A stretch of 64,000 nucleotides of DNA from a virus (taxonomy: Duplodnaviria; Caudoviricetes), in the IMG/VR virus record IMGVR_UViG_3300033069_001852; one strand, given 5' to 3'. Below are positions 20,625 through 29,323 of the stretch, in pieces. The notes beneath the pieces were generated by a model that did no database searches, was not told the origin of the DNA, and worked only from the letters and a program-made list of their open reading frames with translations. Positions within the stretch are counted from its first letter, which is position 1. Each line of letters starts with the position of its first letter. A program made the position numbers and the translations under genes.

Positions 20625-21119
20625 ATGAAAACCAAACTTTTTGAAAATGTCGGAAACAATAAATTTAAACTCCTAACCGAAGCGATGGATCCAGATCGCG
20701 CTAAGCTTATTCGTGAAGGGCTGAAGAAGGTGTTTGCCAACACCAAAACGGAATTGTCCTATGACAAAATTCAAAATTTTGGTTTGGGTTTCATCAAGGA
20801 CGTTAACACGGCGCGCAAATGCGCTTTACAAGAAGCCCGCGATATTGCTCCGGCCCTTGGCTTCTCTGACCATCCAGAGACAGGAACTTTTGTAAAAGAA
20901 GCAGAAGTCGCTAAGGAAAATGAAGCGTCTCACGAAGAAACACCTGATAGTCCCGAAGAAAAACGGGAAGTCCAGATTGGTAAGGAAATTATAAAATTGC
21001 TTAAAGCTGATGGACAGGGTCGTGGAGTTAAAGGTTCTGTAATAGTCCCATCTCCAGAAGATTGTTTTCAAATTAGTAAACTGGCATTCGAACTCATCAA
21101 AATGCACGGCGCCAAGTAA
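20625..21119 (+). CDS. Hypothetical protein
   Basis: 164 aa ORF following the protease; N-terminus contains KLFE and KLLTE. Confidence 0.65.
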   Translation: MKTKLFENVGNNKFKLLTEAMDPDRAKLIREGLKKVFANTKTELSYDKIQNFGLGFIKDVNTARKCALQEARDIAPALGFSDHPETGTFVKEAEVAKENEASHEETPDSPEEKREVQIGKEIIKLLKADGQGRGVKGSVIVPSPEDCFQISKLAFELIKMHGAK

Positions 21120-21131
21120 GAGTATAATAAC

Positions 21132-21159
21132 TTGATCATCTCATAATCAGTGGTATAAT
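21132..21159 (+). promoter_or_regulatory. Sigma70-like (extended -10) promoter for the accessory gene cluster
   Basis: TTGATC-16 nt-TATAAT, with TGn immediately before the -10 box. Confidence 0.45.
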
Positions 21160-21192
21160 ATCCTCTGGTTATGAGATGTTTTTTGCCGTGAT

Positions 21193-21714
21193 ATGAAAAA
21201 GGTAGATCGAATAAAAAAAGAAGCGGAAGCCACGATGGAAAAAATTCGGGCAGTGGCTCGGCATATTCGTAATGTAGAGGATAATTGCTTTTTACTAGGC
21301 GAAAAGTTAATTCTTGGTGGAGAGATTGATCTTGGAAAACAATTGATAGCCAACGGATTTATTCATGACGCAAGCAAGTTTCATGGAATTGAATTTGAAT
21401 ATCTTTCAACGGGAAATCCAACGGAAGAACACGCGAAACTTAAATTGAAACTGGCTATTCACCACCATCAAAAAACTAACCCGCATCATCCGGAAGCGTG
21501 GTCGGGAGGTATCAAAGACATGCCCGATGTTTATTTGGCAGAAATGGCATGTGATCTTAAAGCTAGGAGTGAGGAGTTTGGAACAAATTTCCGAGAATGG
21601 ATAAATGATTCTGCTACGACCAAATGGAATTTCAAAAAAGAAGATAAAGTCTATCAAGATTTAATGCGGTATGTTGATATGATATGCCAAAAACCATTTG
21701 AACAAATAAAATAA
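21193..21714 (+). CDS. HD-superfamily phosphohydrolase (DUF5662-like)
   Basis: H...HDASKF...HHHQKTNPHHPEAW...EMACD. Confidence 0.7.
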   Translation: MKKVDRIKKEAEATMEKIRAVARHIRNVEDNCFLLGEKLILGGEIDLGKQLIANGFIHDASKFHGIEFEYLSTGNPTEEHAKLKLKLAIHHHQKTNPHHPEAWSGGIKDMPDVYLAEMACDLKARSEEFGTNFREWINDSATTKWNFKKEDKVYQDLMRYVDMICQKPFEQIK

Positions 21715-22137
21715 ATGTGCATATGTGTTGAATGTGGTTGTGATAAAAATGTTATTAAACACCATATAATTCCAAAAAGTAGAGGTGGGGTGTTTACCAT
21801 ATTTTTGTGTCAGGCTTGTCATGACAAGTGTCATGAAATAAAACCAAGAAATATTTCTCTGTCACAATTAACTAAAGACGGTCTAAAACGAGCAAAAAAT
21901 AAGGGGGTTCGTTTAGGAAATCCAAATTTTAAATATGCCTTAAAAAAAGCGGTATCAGTTAGAGTAAATAAAGCAAAGATAAACAATGATAGACTAAAAC
22001 AAATTGTAACTTTTATTATCAATACTGATGGATTATCAAAACTTAAAGATGTCTGTGAGAGGATGAATGGTGCAGGTTATAGAACAATATATGGTAATAA
22101 ATTCACCCCCACGCATATACATAGATTATTAAAATGA
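21715..22137 (+). CDS. HNH endonuclease fused to a serine-recombinase-like DNA-binding region
   Basis: CVEC..HHIIPKSRGG..LCQACHDKCH, followed by TKDGLKRAKNKGVRLGNP and ERMNGAGYRT..GNKF; AT-rich. Confidence 0.7.
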   Translation: MCICVECGCDKNVIKHHIIPKSRGGVFTIFLCQACHDKCHEIKPRNISLSQLTKDGLKRAKNKGVRLGNPNFKYALKKAVSVRVNKAKINNDRLKQIVTFIINTDGLSKLKDVCERMNGAGYRTIYGNKFTPTHIHRLLK

Positions 22138-22493
22138 AAAAGGTAACAACGTATACCGCAAACATTTACATCGGCTTAAAAGAGGGGTATACTGGACGCT
22201 TACACACCATTGATGAAGTTTATTGTATCTGCCAAGAATTTGTCGATCAGATTGGATTTTGTGTTACGGTTACTCCGACACGCTTCGTTTATAAAAATGG
22301 AATGGAACCAGGAGCCGTTGTCGGAACTATAAATTATCCCCGTTATCCCTCTCAACCCCAAGACTTAGAAGCTAAAGCAATGATCTTAGCCAATAAATTA
22401 ATGGTTGAGTTTAAACAACACCGTGTTTCGGTGGTGTTTCCTGATAAAACGATAATGTTGGAAAACTTTACCCTGGACGATTTTAAAGAGTAA
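22134..22493 (+). CDS. Hypothetical protein
   Basis: 119 aa ORF; its ATG overlaps the upstream stop (ATGA). Confidence 0.7.
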   Translation: MKKVTTYTANIYIGLKEGYTGRLHTIDEVYCICQEFVDQIGFCVTVTPTRFVYKNGMEPGAVVGTINYPRYPSQPQDLEAKAMILANKLMVEFKQHRVSVVFPDKTIMLENFTLDDFKE

Positions 22494-22499
22494 TTTGGT

Positions 22500-22679
22500 A
22501 TGGACAAAATCTCTGTTCCATTGTATAATAGACCGATAAAATCTGTACAGGATCGTCGGTATCGTCCGCTTACCCGGGAAGAGTTATTATCCCGTGGAAA
22601 ATGTTGTCATCATAACTGCCGTAACTGTCCATATAAAGACGAATTAAAAAATAATGCAAACCTTCCTTCCTCTACCTAA
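22500..22679 (+). CDS. Small Cys-rich protein (DUF5522-like), absent from the ORF track
   Basis: Manual translation: MDKISVPLYNRPIKSVQDRRYRPLTREELLSRGKCCHHNCRNCPYKDELKNNANLPSST*, containing RGxCCxxxCRxCPY. Confidence 0.7.
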   Translation: MDKISVPLYNRPIKSVQDRRYRPLTREELLSRGKCCHHNCRNCPYKDELKNNANLPSST

Positions 22680-23091
22680 TTATTTAGAGTCTATGCGTTG
22701 TCTTGATAAGTCCCGACTGGGTAATCAAGTTTGGCGTGAAGGTATTACGTTAATCCGCGGCGGCTGGCCAAATCACCCCGCTTCAAAAATGTGGCGTGGA
22801 CATGAATACCATCTTGGTTTATATTTGTTAGCCGGTTGTGATGTCCTCAAAGAACGTGGGAAAGATTATCCGGAAATCCGCCGGAAAATTAAACAGGAAA
22901 TGCGTAAGCACAAAAACACGGGAGCGCCGCCATGGATGGGAAGTGAAAGCTTTCATTCAAGCCATAGAAAAGCCTTGTTATTTAAGAATTTTAATTGGTA
23001 TAAACAATTTGAGTGGAAAGAACTTCCTGATGTCCCCGATGAGAAGGGCAAATTAAATTATTATTGGCCATCAAAACAAAACAATCTATGA
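22654..23091 (+). CDS. Pyrimidine-dimer DNA glycosylase / endonuclease V family protein (MSMEG_6728-like)
   Basis: MQTFLP..LD..RLG.Q..E, HPASKMWRG, PPWMG...HSSHR..L..K, YYWP. Confidence 0.8.
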   Translation: MQTFLPLPNYLESMRCLDKSRLGNQVWREGITLIRGGWPNHPASKMWRGHEYHLGLYLLAGCDVLKERGKDYPEIRRKIKQEMRKHKNTGAPPWMGSESFHSSHRKALLFKNFNWYKQFEWKELPDVPDEKGKLNYYWPSKQNNL

Positions 23092-23408
23092 TTAAATCTG
23101 AAAATTATATTACCGAGGAAGTTCGGAAGGCGGCAGAACAAGAAGCACTGGCAACTTTAATGAGTTCTTTCACCGAAGCTATGTTTGAGAAGTTGATGGC
23201 CAAAATGAATGCTGGTTATCATGGTTGGGATATCAAGGATCCTGTTATGATAGAGTTATTAAAAAATCGTCTGGCGGATAATGTCAATCGGGGTGATTGG
23301 ATTGACGTGGCCAACGTGTCGATGTTGTTATGGAATATGCAACAGCCCGATAATGCGCCACAGAATTCCGTGGCGAACCCGCCTCTAAATGAAGTCCTTA
23401 CTAATTAA
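23088..23408 (+). CDS. Hypothetical phage protein
   Basis: KL...GYHGWD...GDWIDVAN..MLLW, a motif type seen in small phage accessory proteins; start set at ATG 23088. Confidence 0.6.
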   Translation: MIKSENYITEEVRKAAEQEALATLMSSFTEAMFEKLMAKMNAGYHGWDIKDPVMIELLKNRLADNVNRGDWIDVANVSMLLWNMQQPDNAPQNSVANPPLNEVLTN

Positions 23409-24046
23409 GGCCGACCGCCGGTTTTATCTGCGTGCAGGGGCTCGTATTGACAAGTTGGAGTTTTGCGAATTTCTTCCAAATTATCTTCGCCAGTAATTTT
23501 ATCCACATGGATATCTTGTGGTGAATCGGAGATTTCGCCCATGATAGGAGCTTCTTCCATTGACTGACGTTCACGGTCAACCGGGTTTTGATCAACCTGG
23601 GGGCCCTTACGCAAAACTTCCTGAATGTCTTTAATTTCGTAATAACGGGACAAAACATGTCCCATATCTTCATATAAAGCATTAAGGCGTTGGACGCCGC
23701 TGTAAGTTTCCTTGGCAATTTTTTGGAACTCACCCACCCGGCCCTTTAAATCTTTGAAATCTTTTTGAATGGTTTCCTGTTGAAACCAATCCGCCGCTTC
23801 GTTACACGCATAGGTTTCCGCCATAGTGGCAATTTCGGCTAAGGCTTTGGAAGTTTCGGATAGGGCTTGTTCTACCTGTAAAGATTTTCCATACTCATTA
23901 AAACGACTCACCATATCCATGAGTTTACGTTTTTGATCTTTGCTGAGCTTGGGCCGGTCATCTTCAAAAACCCCATTGCGTGGAATTTTATCAAGATTCT
24001 CGACGATGCGCTTCAGACTAAATTCTTGGACTTTGTATTTTTGCAT
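23405..24046 (-). CDS. Hypothetical helical protein, probable head protein
   Basis: Start set at ATG 24046, just after TATTTATA on the minus strand; leader FSLKRIVE. Confidence 0.7.
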   Translation of the reverse strand: MQKYKVQEFSLKRIVENLDKIPRNGVFEDDRPKLSKDQKRKLMDMVSRFNEYGKSLQVEQALSETSKALAEIATMAETYACNEAADWFQQETIQKDFKDLKGRVGEFQKIAKETYSGVQRLNALYEDMGHVLSRYYEIKDIQEVLRKGPQVDQNPVDRERQSMEEAPIMGEISDSPQDIHVDKITGEDNLEEIRKTPTCQYEPLHADKTGGRP

Positions 24047-24059
24047 ATGCGTATAAATA

Positions 24060-24347
24060 TTACTTGATTTCGGAATCCTGTTTGTAATTGTCAAAAAACC
24101 CAACCAATTTATCGAAGGATTCGAATCTCAAATTGGTTTTGCGTTTGCCATCTTTTAAATAAAAACCATCCTTTTTGCGGAACACCAACATTGGGGGATT
24201 TTCCAAACCCATACAATATGTCCCGTTAGGTTTAAATCCCATATCGGATAGATGGTCCGTCTCAACGATTGTCCATTTATCATGCGGAATTAATTCGGTT
24301 TTTTTCTCTTCCGCAACGGTGTTTAAAATTTCTTTAAGGCTTATCAT
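24060..24347 (-). CDS. Hypothetical protein
   Basis: MISLKEILNTVAEE leader; translationally coupled to the upstream gene. Confidence 0.7.
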   Translation of the reverse strand: MISLKEILNTVAEEKKTELIPHDKWTIVETDHLSDMGFKPNGTYCMGLENPPMLVFRKKDGFYLKDGKRKTNLRFESFDKLVGFFDNYKQDSEIK

Positions 24348-25090
24348 AAATCCAATTTTCTTAAAAAGTCGGCAAGGATTTTACTACCACCGATATCATC
24401 CGCGAAGGAGACGGATTTTGCTACGATGACTTCATCGCCTTCAGGAGTTTCACCTTGGGCTGGAGGCTGCCCTGGCGCCGGTTCTCCCGGAGCTCCTTCA
24501 GGGGCCCCACCTTCCGGCGGAGCTTGCGCATCAGGTTCCGGTTTTGTCTGCCGGTATTTTGTAAAGGCGGTGTAACTATATTGCATCGCGGAACCTTCCC
24601 GTAATTTTTTAATCGTCGTTGTGGTGTTATTATTAAATTGGTCGGAGGTTTCGTATTTTATTTCACGCACGGCTTCTTCTTCAGGATTAGTGCTACCTGG
24701 CGGTTTGGTCTTCTGTAAAGGTTTAGATTTGACTTCCGAATAATTGTTAACCGATTCCAGCTCTTTCATAGAAAGGGGTTGGCCAACAAATCGGCTCACA
24801 TACTGATCGTAATTACCCTTCGCGGTGAATTCTTTTGCAATGGGATTGGTTTGACCTTCCTGGAGCATCGTGGGGGATTGAAATTCTTTTAACAAACCTA
24901 ACATTTCCATTTTTAACTTCAATGGTAAATTCTTTTCTTTGGTTGCCGCAAATTGTTCGACGCTTTTTGGACTTATTTTTTTTGCCACCTTACGCAAGGA
25001 GCGTGAAACCTCCGATGGCTTCGTTTCGCCTTTTTGGATTGCGCGGACGGTTTCAAAAAACTTTCTTTGCTTTTGTGATTTTAAAGGCAT
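24344..25090 (-). CDS. Hypothetical protein
   Basis: Basic N-terminus MPLKSQKQRKFF and a Pro/Gly/Glu linker; TATTTATA upstream. Confidence 0.7.
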   Translation of the reverse strand: MPLKSQKQRKFFETVRAIQKGETKPSEVSRSLRKVAKKISPKSVEQFAATKEKNLPLKLKMEMLGLLKEFQSPTMLQEGQTNPIAKEFTAKGNYDQYVSRFVGQPLSMKELESVNNYSEVKSKPLQKTKPPGSTNPEEEAVREIKYETSDQFNNNTTTTIKKLREGSAMQYSYTAFTKYRQTKPEPDAQAPPEGGAPEGAPGEPAPGQPPAQGETPEGDEVIVAKSVSFADDIGGSKILADFLRKLDL

Positions 25091-25267
25091 ATGAATTTCC
25101 TATTGACTATAAATATCTTGAAAATAGTTATCGTTTTACTTTTTCTCTATAATATATATTACTGAAATGCAACAACCCTTTCTAATTTGTTGCTAACCCA
25201 CTCTGTAATAACCCTTCATTGGAGTTCCCAATAATTCCACAATCCACAAGAGAGGAAACTTGTAACT

Positions 25268-26821
25268 ATGATTAACAGCGAACTATTAAAAGAGGCAATT
25301 GCCGATGCTAAAGCCGTCCGCGCTACTGCGGTCGCGAATGCAAAGCATGCCCTTGAAGAAGCCTTCGCCCCTCGCTTTCACGCTATGTTTTCGGACAAAC
25401 TGAAAGAAGAGACAGGTGAAGAAGACGGTCTTGATAATATGGATCAAGAGCCCGTTGCCGAAGTCAGTGCCCCTAATCAGGTATCTGGCAAAGGTGGCGA
25501 AGCAAAAGGTCCCCAGACAAAAGATGTAACCAAAGGTCAACCCAAGAAGATTTCTGATGCGGGAACGCACGGACGGACGATTGCTATGGGCGGCGCTGGC
25601 GGAGCTAAAAGTGCTCATGCCCCAGTTGCTCCAAAAACAATTGACGAAACTTCTGAACTTGAACTTGAAGGTGAATCCGGAATCACATCGGAAGACCTTG
25701 ATGAAATCATCAAAGAATTGGAAGCTGAAGTAGCTGGTGAAGCTGAAGGTGAGGCTCCGGCCGATCCAACCGCAGATCCCGCAGCTCAACCGTCAGCCGT
25801 TGACCCCAACGCTGACCCGGCTGCTGGTGCTCCCGCACCTGCTCCTGCTCCCGCACCTGCTCCTGAAGGCGATCCTTCAGCCGGTGGTGCTCCTGCACCC
25901 GATTTGGGTATCCCCGGTGCCGCTCCGGCTGCTGCCGGTGGCGCTCCCGCTGGTATTCCTGGGGCGGAACCTGATGGTGACGAAGCTGGTGCTCCTGCCG
26001 GGATTCCTGGACAGCCGCCCGCTGGCGCTCCTGAAGACGAAGAGGGTCTTGAAGAAATTGACCTCAACGCGCTTTTGGAAGCCTTGACGGATGAAGAAAC
26101 CGAAGTCTCCGAAGGTAAACTTCCACCCTGGCTCAAGAAAAAGGGCGAGAAAGCGGAAGATGAAGACGAAGACGATAAGGATGAGGAGAAAGAAAAAGTT
26201 GACGAAATTGCAAATCAAGGATGTGCAGGTAAAGTTGATGGCCAGGATAAGTCCGGCGGCGTCAAAGGTTATCCCGCAGCTCCGAAAGATGCGAGTAAGA
26301 ATCAAATCTCCGGAAAAAATCACGGTGGTAAGATAGAATCCACCCCAAGCGGTAAAGGTTTGAGTGAAACCGCTGTCTTGGAAAAGGAGAATACCGATCT
26401 CAAAGATGCGCTCAATGAGCACATTAAAGCGATTAAGTATCTCCAAGGACAGATCAATGAAGTTAATTTGTTGAATGCCAAACTTCTTTACACGACAAAG
26501 ATGTTCAAAGGCTTCAACCTTGACAACAAGCAGAAGATGCGTGTGGTTGAGACTTTTGATTTGTTGAAGAATGTTCGTGAAGTTAAGCTGACCTATGCTG
26601 GTATGTGTGAGGCCCTTAATTTCGGTGCGAGCAAAACACCTGCGGCTGCTAAAGCAGCGGGTCAAAAGCGCATCACCGAAGCATATGCATCCCGTCCGGT
26701 CGCATCAACGAAGCCTGCAACAGAGATTCTCTCTGAGAGCAAGGATATGGCCAACCGATTCAAGAAATTAGCTGGAATTGGAGCCAAGAAAAATAACCCG
26801 GTTGTCAAAAGCAACCAATAA
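25268..26821 (+). CDS. Prohead core / scaffolding protein
   Basis: Directly upstream of the major capsid gene; LLKEAIADAKAVR N-terminus, long acidic Pro/Ala region, coiled coil with EVNLLNAKLLY, and RFKKLAGI at the end. Confidence 0.8.
   Translation: MINSELLKEAIADAKAVRATAVANAKHALEEAFAPRFHAMFSDKLKEETGEEDGLDNMDQEPVAEVSAPNQVSGKGGEAKGPQTKDVTKGQPKKISDAGTHGRTIAMGGAGGAKSAHAPVAPKTIDETSELELEGESGITSEDLDEIIKELEAEVAGEAEGEAPADPTADPAAQPSAVDPNADPAAGAPAPAPAPAPAPEGDPSAGGAPAPDLGIPGAAPAAAGGAPAGIPGAEPDGDEAGAPAGIPGQPPAGAPEDEEGLEEIDLNALLEALTDEETEVSEGKLPPWLKKKGEKAEDEDEDDKDEEKEKVDEIANQGCAGKVDGQDKSGGVKGYPAAPKDASKNQISGKNHGGKIESTPSGKGLSETAVLEKENTDLKDALNEHIKAIKYLQGQINEVNLLNAKLLYTTKMFKGFNLDNKQKMRVVETFDLLKNVREVKLTYAGMCEALNFGASKTPAAAKAAGQKRITEAYASRPVASTKPATEILSESKDMANRFKKLAGIGAKKNNPVVKSNQ
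25829..25864 (+). repeat. Perfect 18-nt tandem duplication (GCTCCCGCACCTGCTCCT x2) encoding (AP)n
   Basis: Read directly from the sequence. Confidence 0.85.
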
Positions 26822-26838
26822 TAGGAAAGAGTAAAAAT

Positions 26839-28605
26839 ATGGATAATGTCAGAGAATTATTGACAAGCGCTCTTAACCCCCAGGTAAGACTGATGCAGGA
26901 AACCCGTAACTTGGTAACCAAGTGGGATAAGACTGGTCTTCTTGAAGGGCTCGACAATGATGTCGAAAAGAGCAATATGGCCGTTCTCTTGGAGAACCAA
27001 GCCAAACAACTGATCGAAGAATCTACCTCCACCGGTACTTCTGCGAACTCCGAACAATGGGCTGGCGTAGCGCTACCCCTCGTGCGTCGTGTGTTTGCTG
27101 AATTCGCCGCCAAGGAGTTTGTCTCCGTTCAGCCAATGAACCTTCCATCCGGACTGGTTTTCTACTTGGATTTCAAGTATGGAACCAACCAAGGTGCTAT
27201 CAGCAAGGATGTTTCCGGTTCTGTGTATAGCTCCCTGTTCGGCGGCTCGGGCAACAAGCTCGGTTCGACGGATTCGGCAACTGGCGGCCTCTACGGCGCT
27301 GGTCGTTATGCTTATACCCTGAATGACAAGGTTGCCACGGTCACTTATAACTCCGCCTCTGTGGGAGTTTCGACTTTGGAAGACTTGAACTGGAATGTCA
27401 ACTGGGATGTTCAAGCCGCTAAATCCGGTTCAGCTGATGCTGCGTTGGATTCCTTGAGCGGTTCTATCGCCGCTGGCCAGGTCTGGAAATTCACCACTAC
27501 CAACTTCCTAAGCACTACCGCTACCGCGGGTAATGTGTTTGACGCGTCGGCAGTACGTTCGTTCGTTCCTTATTCTGGTTCCGCTATCGTGAACTACTTC
27601 CCCGCCTTGACCAAGTTGACCACGACCAATGAAGTTCAATTCATTGTTTCTGCGTCGGCTAACCTTGGCCAGACCGCTGCTCTCCAGCAGGGTTTGAGCA
27701 TAAACTACAGCGTCCAACCGAAGGATTCCAACCGTGGTGACTTCGAAGATGCGACAAATGCCTTGGATTCTGGTAAAGTCAATACCCCAGGTACTTCGAC
27801 TACGGATACTGGTCTTAACAAAGACATTGGTATTCCTGAAGTCAACCTTGAGTTGAAGAGTGAGCCAATCGTGGCCAAGACTCGTAAACTGAAGGCAGTC
27901 TGGACGCCTGAACTCGCTCAGGATCTTAATGCTTATCATAGCATTGATGCTGAAGCCGAACTCACGGCTCTCCTCTCCGAATACGTTTCGATGGAAATTG
28001 ACCTCGAAATCTTGGACATGCTGATTACCGCAGTTCCCGCAGTTACGACCGAACGTTGGAGCGCCAAGCTCAATCGTGAAATCGTACCTAACGGTTCCGG
28101 TGGTTTCACCTTCGTCGATCAGACCGCCGCAGGTACGGGCGGTTACTATGAGAAATCAACCTGGTATCGCACACTCGGTATCAAGTGCCAGAAGGTCTCT
28201 AACAAGATTCACCAATTGACGCTCCGTGGTGGCGCAAACTTCATGGTTTGCTCGCCGGATGTCGCAACGATTCTTGAGAGCATCCCCGGCTTCACCGTCA
28301 ACACTGACGGCGATCAGGCCAAGTTCGCAATGGGCGTCACCCGCGTGGGTACATTCGCTCAACGCTTCCAGGTCTACAAGAACCCCTATATGACCGATAA
28401 CGTCATCTTGATGGGCTTCCGTGGAAATAACTTCCTGGAAACCGGTGCTGTCTATGCTCCGTATGTTCCGCTCGTTCAGACTCCGTTGGTCTATGACCCG
28501 GTCAACTTCACCCCGCGTCGGGGAGTCATGACCCGTTACGCCAAGAAGATTGTGCGTCCGGAGTTCTACGGTAAGATTCTGATCGCAGATTTGGACCTAG
28601 TCTAA
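26839..28605 (+). CDS. Major capsid protein (T4 gp23-like)
   Basis: LLENQ, PLVRR, VQPMNLPSGLVFYLDF, AKTRKLKAVWTPELAQDLNAYH, YAPYVPL, GVMTRYA. Confidence 0.96.
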   Translation: MDNVRELLTSALNPQVRLMQETRNLVTKWDKTGLLEGLDNDVEKSNMAVLLENQAKQLIEESTSTGTSANSEQWAGVALPLVRRVFAEFAAKEFVSVQPMNLPSGLVFYLDFKYGTNQGAISKDVSGSVYSSLFGGSGNKLGSTDSATGGLYGAGRYAYTLNDKVATVTYNSASVGVSTLEDLNWNVNWDVQAAKSGSADAALDSLSGSIAAGQVWKFTTTNFLSTTATAGNVFDASAVRSFVPYSGSAIVNYFPALTKLTTTNEVQFIVSASANLGQTAALQQGLSINYSVQPKDSNRGDFEDATNALDSGKVNTPGTSTTDTGLNKDIGIPEVNLELKSEPIVAKTRKLKAVWTPELAQDLNAYHSIDAEAELTALLSEYVSMEIDLEILDMLITAVPAVTTERWSAKLNREIVPNGSGGFTFVDQTAAGTGGYYEKSTWYRTLGIKCQKVSNKIHQLTLRGGANFMVCSPDVATILESIPGFTVNTDGDQAKFAMGVTRVGTFAQRFQVYKNPYMTDNVILMGFRGNNFLETGAVYAPYVPLVQTPLVYDPVNFTPRRGVMTRYAKKIVRPEFYGKILIADLDLV

Positions 28606-28630
28606 TCTGATCAAAATTGATTAATTACAA

Positions 28631-28661
28631 GCCCCCGGAGAAATCCGGGGGCCTTTTTATT
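28631..28661 (+). terminator. Rho-independent terminator after the major capsid gene
   Basis: GCCCCCGGA-GAAA-TCCGGGGGC 9-bp stem followed by CTTTTTATT. Confidence 0.9.
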
Positions 28662-28744
28662 GCCTTGGTTGTAATGGGGAAAGTTTAGATGGTTATATCC
28701 TAAACAATTGATTACTCTAATGATGAAGCTGTTGGAGGTCGGAA

Positions 28745-29314
28745 TTATTTCATTCCGAGGTATTGCGCTACGGTTAGTAACCGTGTCGTAATATAATTTC
28801 CAAAGGTGTTGTTTGAAAAACTTTGAGAAGTATTGTAGTTCCAAACTGCTTGTGCGATTTCGGCCGCCGACGGAGTTGAGGAGCCTGAGGTAGTACTGGT
28901 AGTTTCAACTTTAAATACCAAGGCTGATCGGACGAAGGTGGTGTTAACACTCCACGCTCCTAAAGTGGGAATGGTAGGCGACTCACCTGCTTCGCGGGTA
29001 TATAAATTGCCGGCAATGGTAAGCGTATGAGTGCCTTCCCAAGGCCGAATGCGCCAGCCGTTTTCAAGAAAATAAGTGGAACCTACGAATTGTCCGGCAC
29101 CTAATGGTTCTCCGCCGATGACACTGATGGCTTGTGGGTATTTAATATAATCCTCAAGGAGCGACCATTCTTTCCAATCGGAGTAGATATCTGTTCCCAC
29201 GTCTATCGCTGTTTCGCCGTTATTAACAAGAATAAGTCGGTTAGGTCCATCAAAGGTGACCTTATGATGTAATGCCCAAAGATTCCAAGAACCATAATAG
29301 GTACTCGTCCACAT
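28745..29314 (-). CDS. Virion-associated hypothetical protein
   Basis: 189 aa; shares a YSxxKE..W / NGW domain with 30952..32328. Confidence 0.6.
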   Translation of the reverse strand: MWTSTYYGSWNLWALHHKVTFDGPNRLILVNNGETAIDVGTDIYSDWKEWSLLEDYIKYPQAISVIGGEPLGAGQFVGSTYFLENGWRIRPWEGTHTLTIAGNLYTREAGESPTIPTLGAWSVNTTFVRSALVFKVETTSTTSGSSTPSAAEIAQAVWNYNTSQSFSNNTFGNYITTRLLTVAQYLGMK

Positions 29315-29323
29315 AAATTCTAA

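Noticed and set aside
25286-28362. Long antisense/alternate-frame ORFs over the scaffold and capsid (also 11793..12335, 13853..14377, 18969..19613)
   Set aside because: These are shadow ORFs caused by codon bias and low complexity of the real genes; they contain no motifs.
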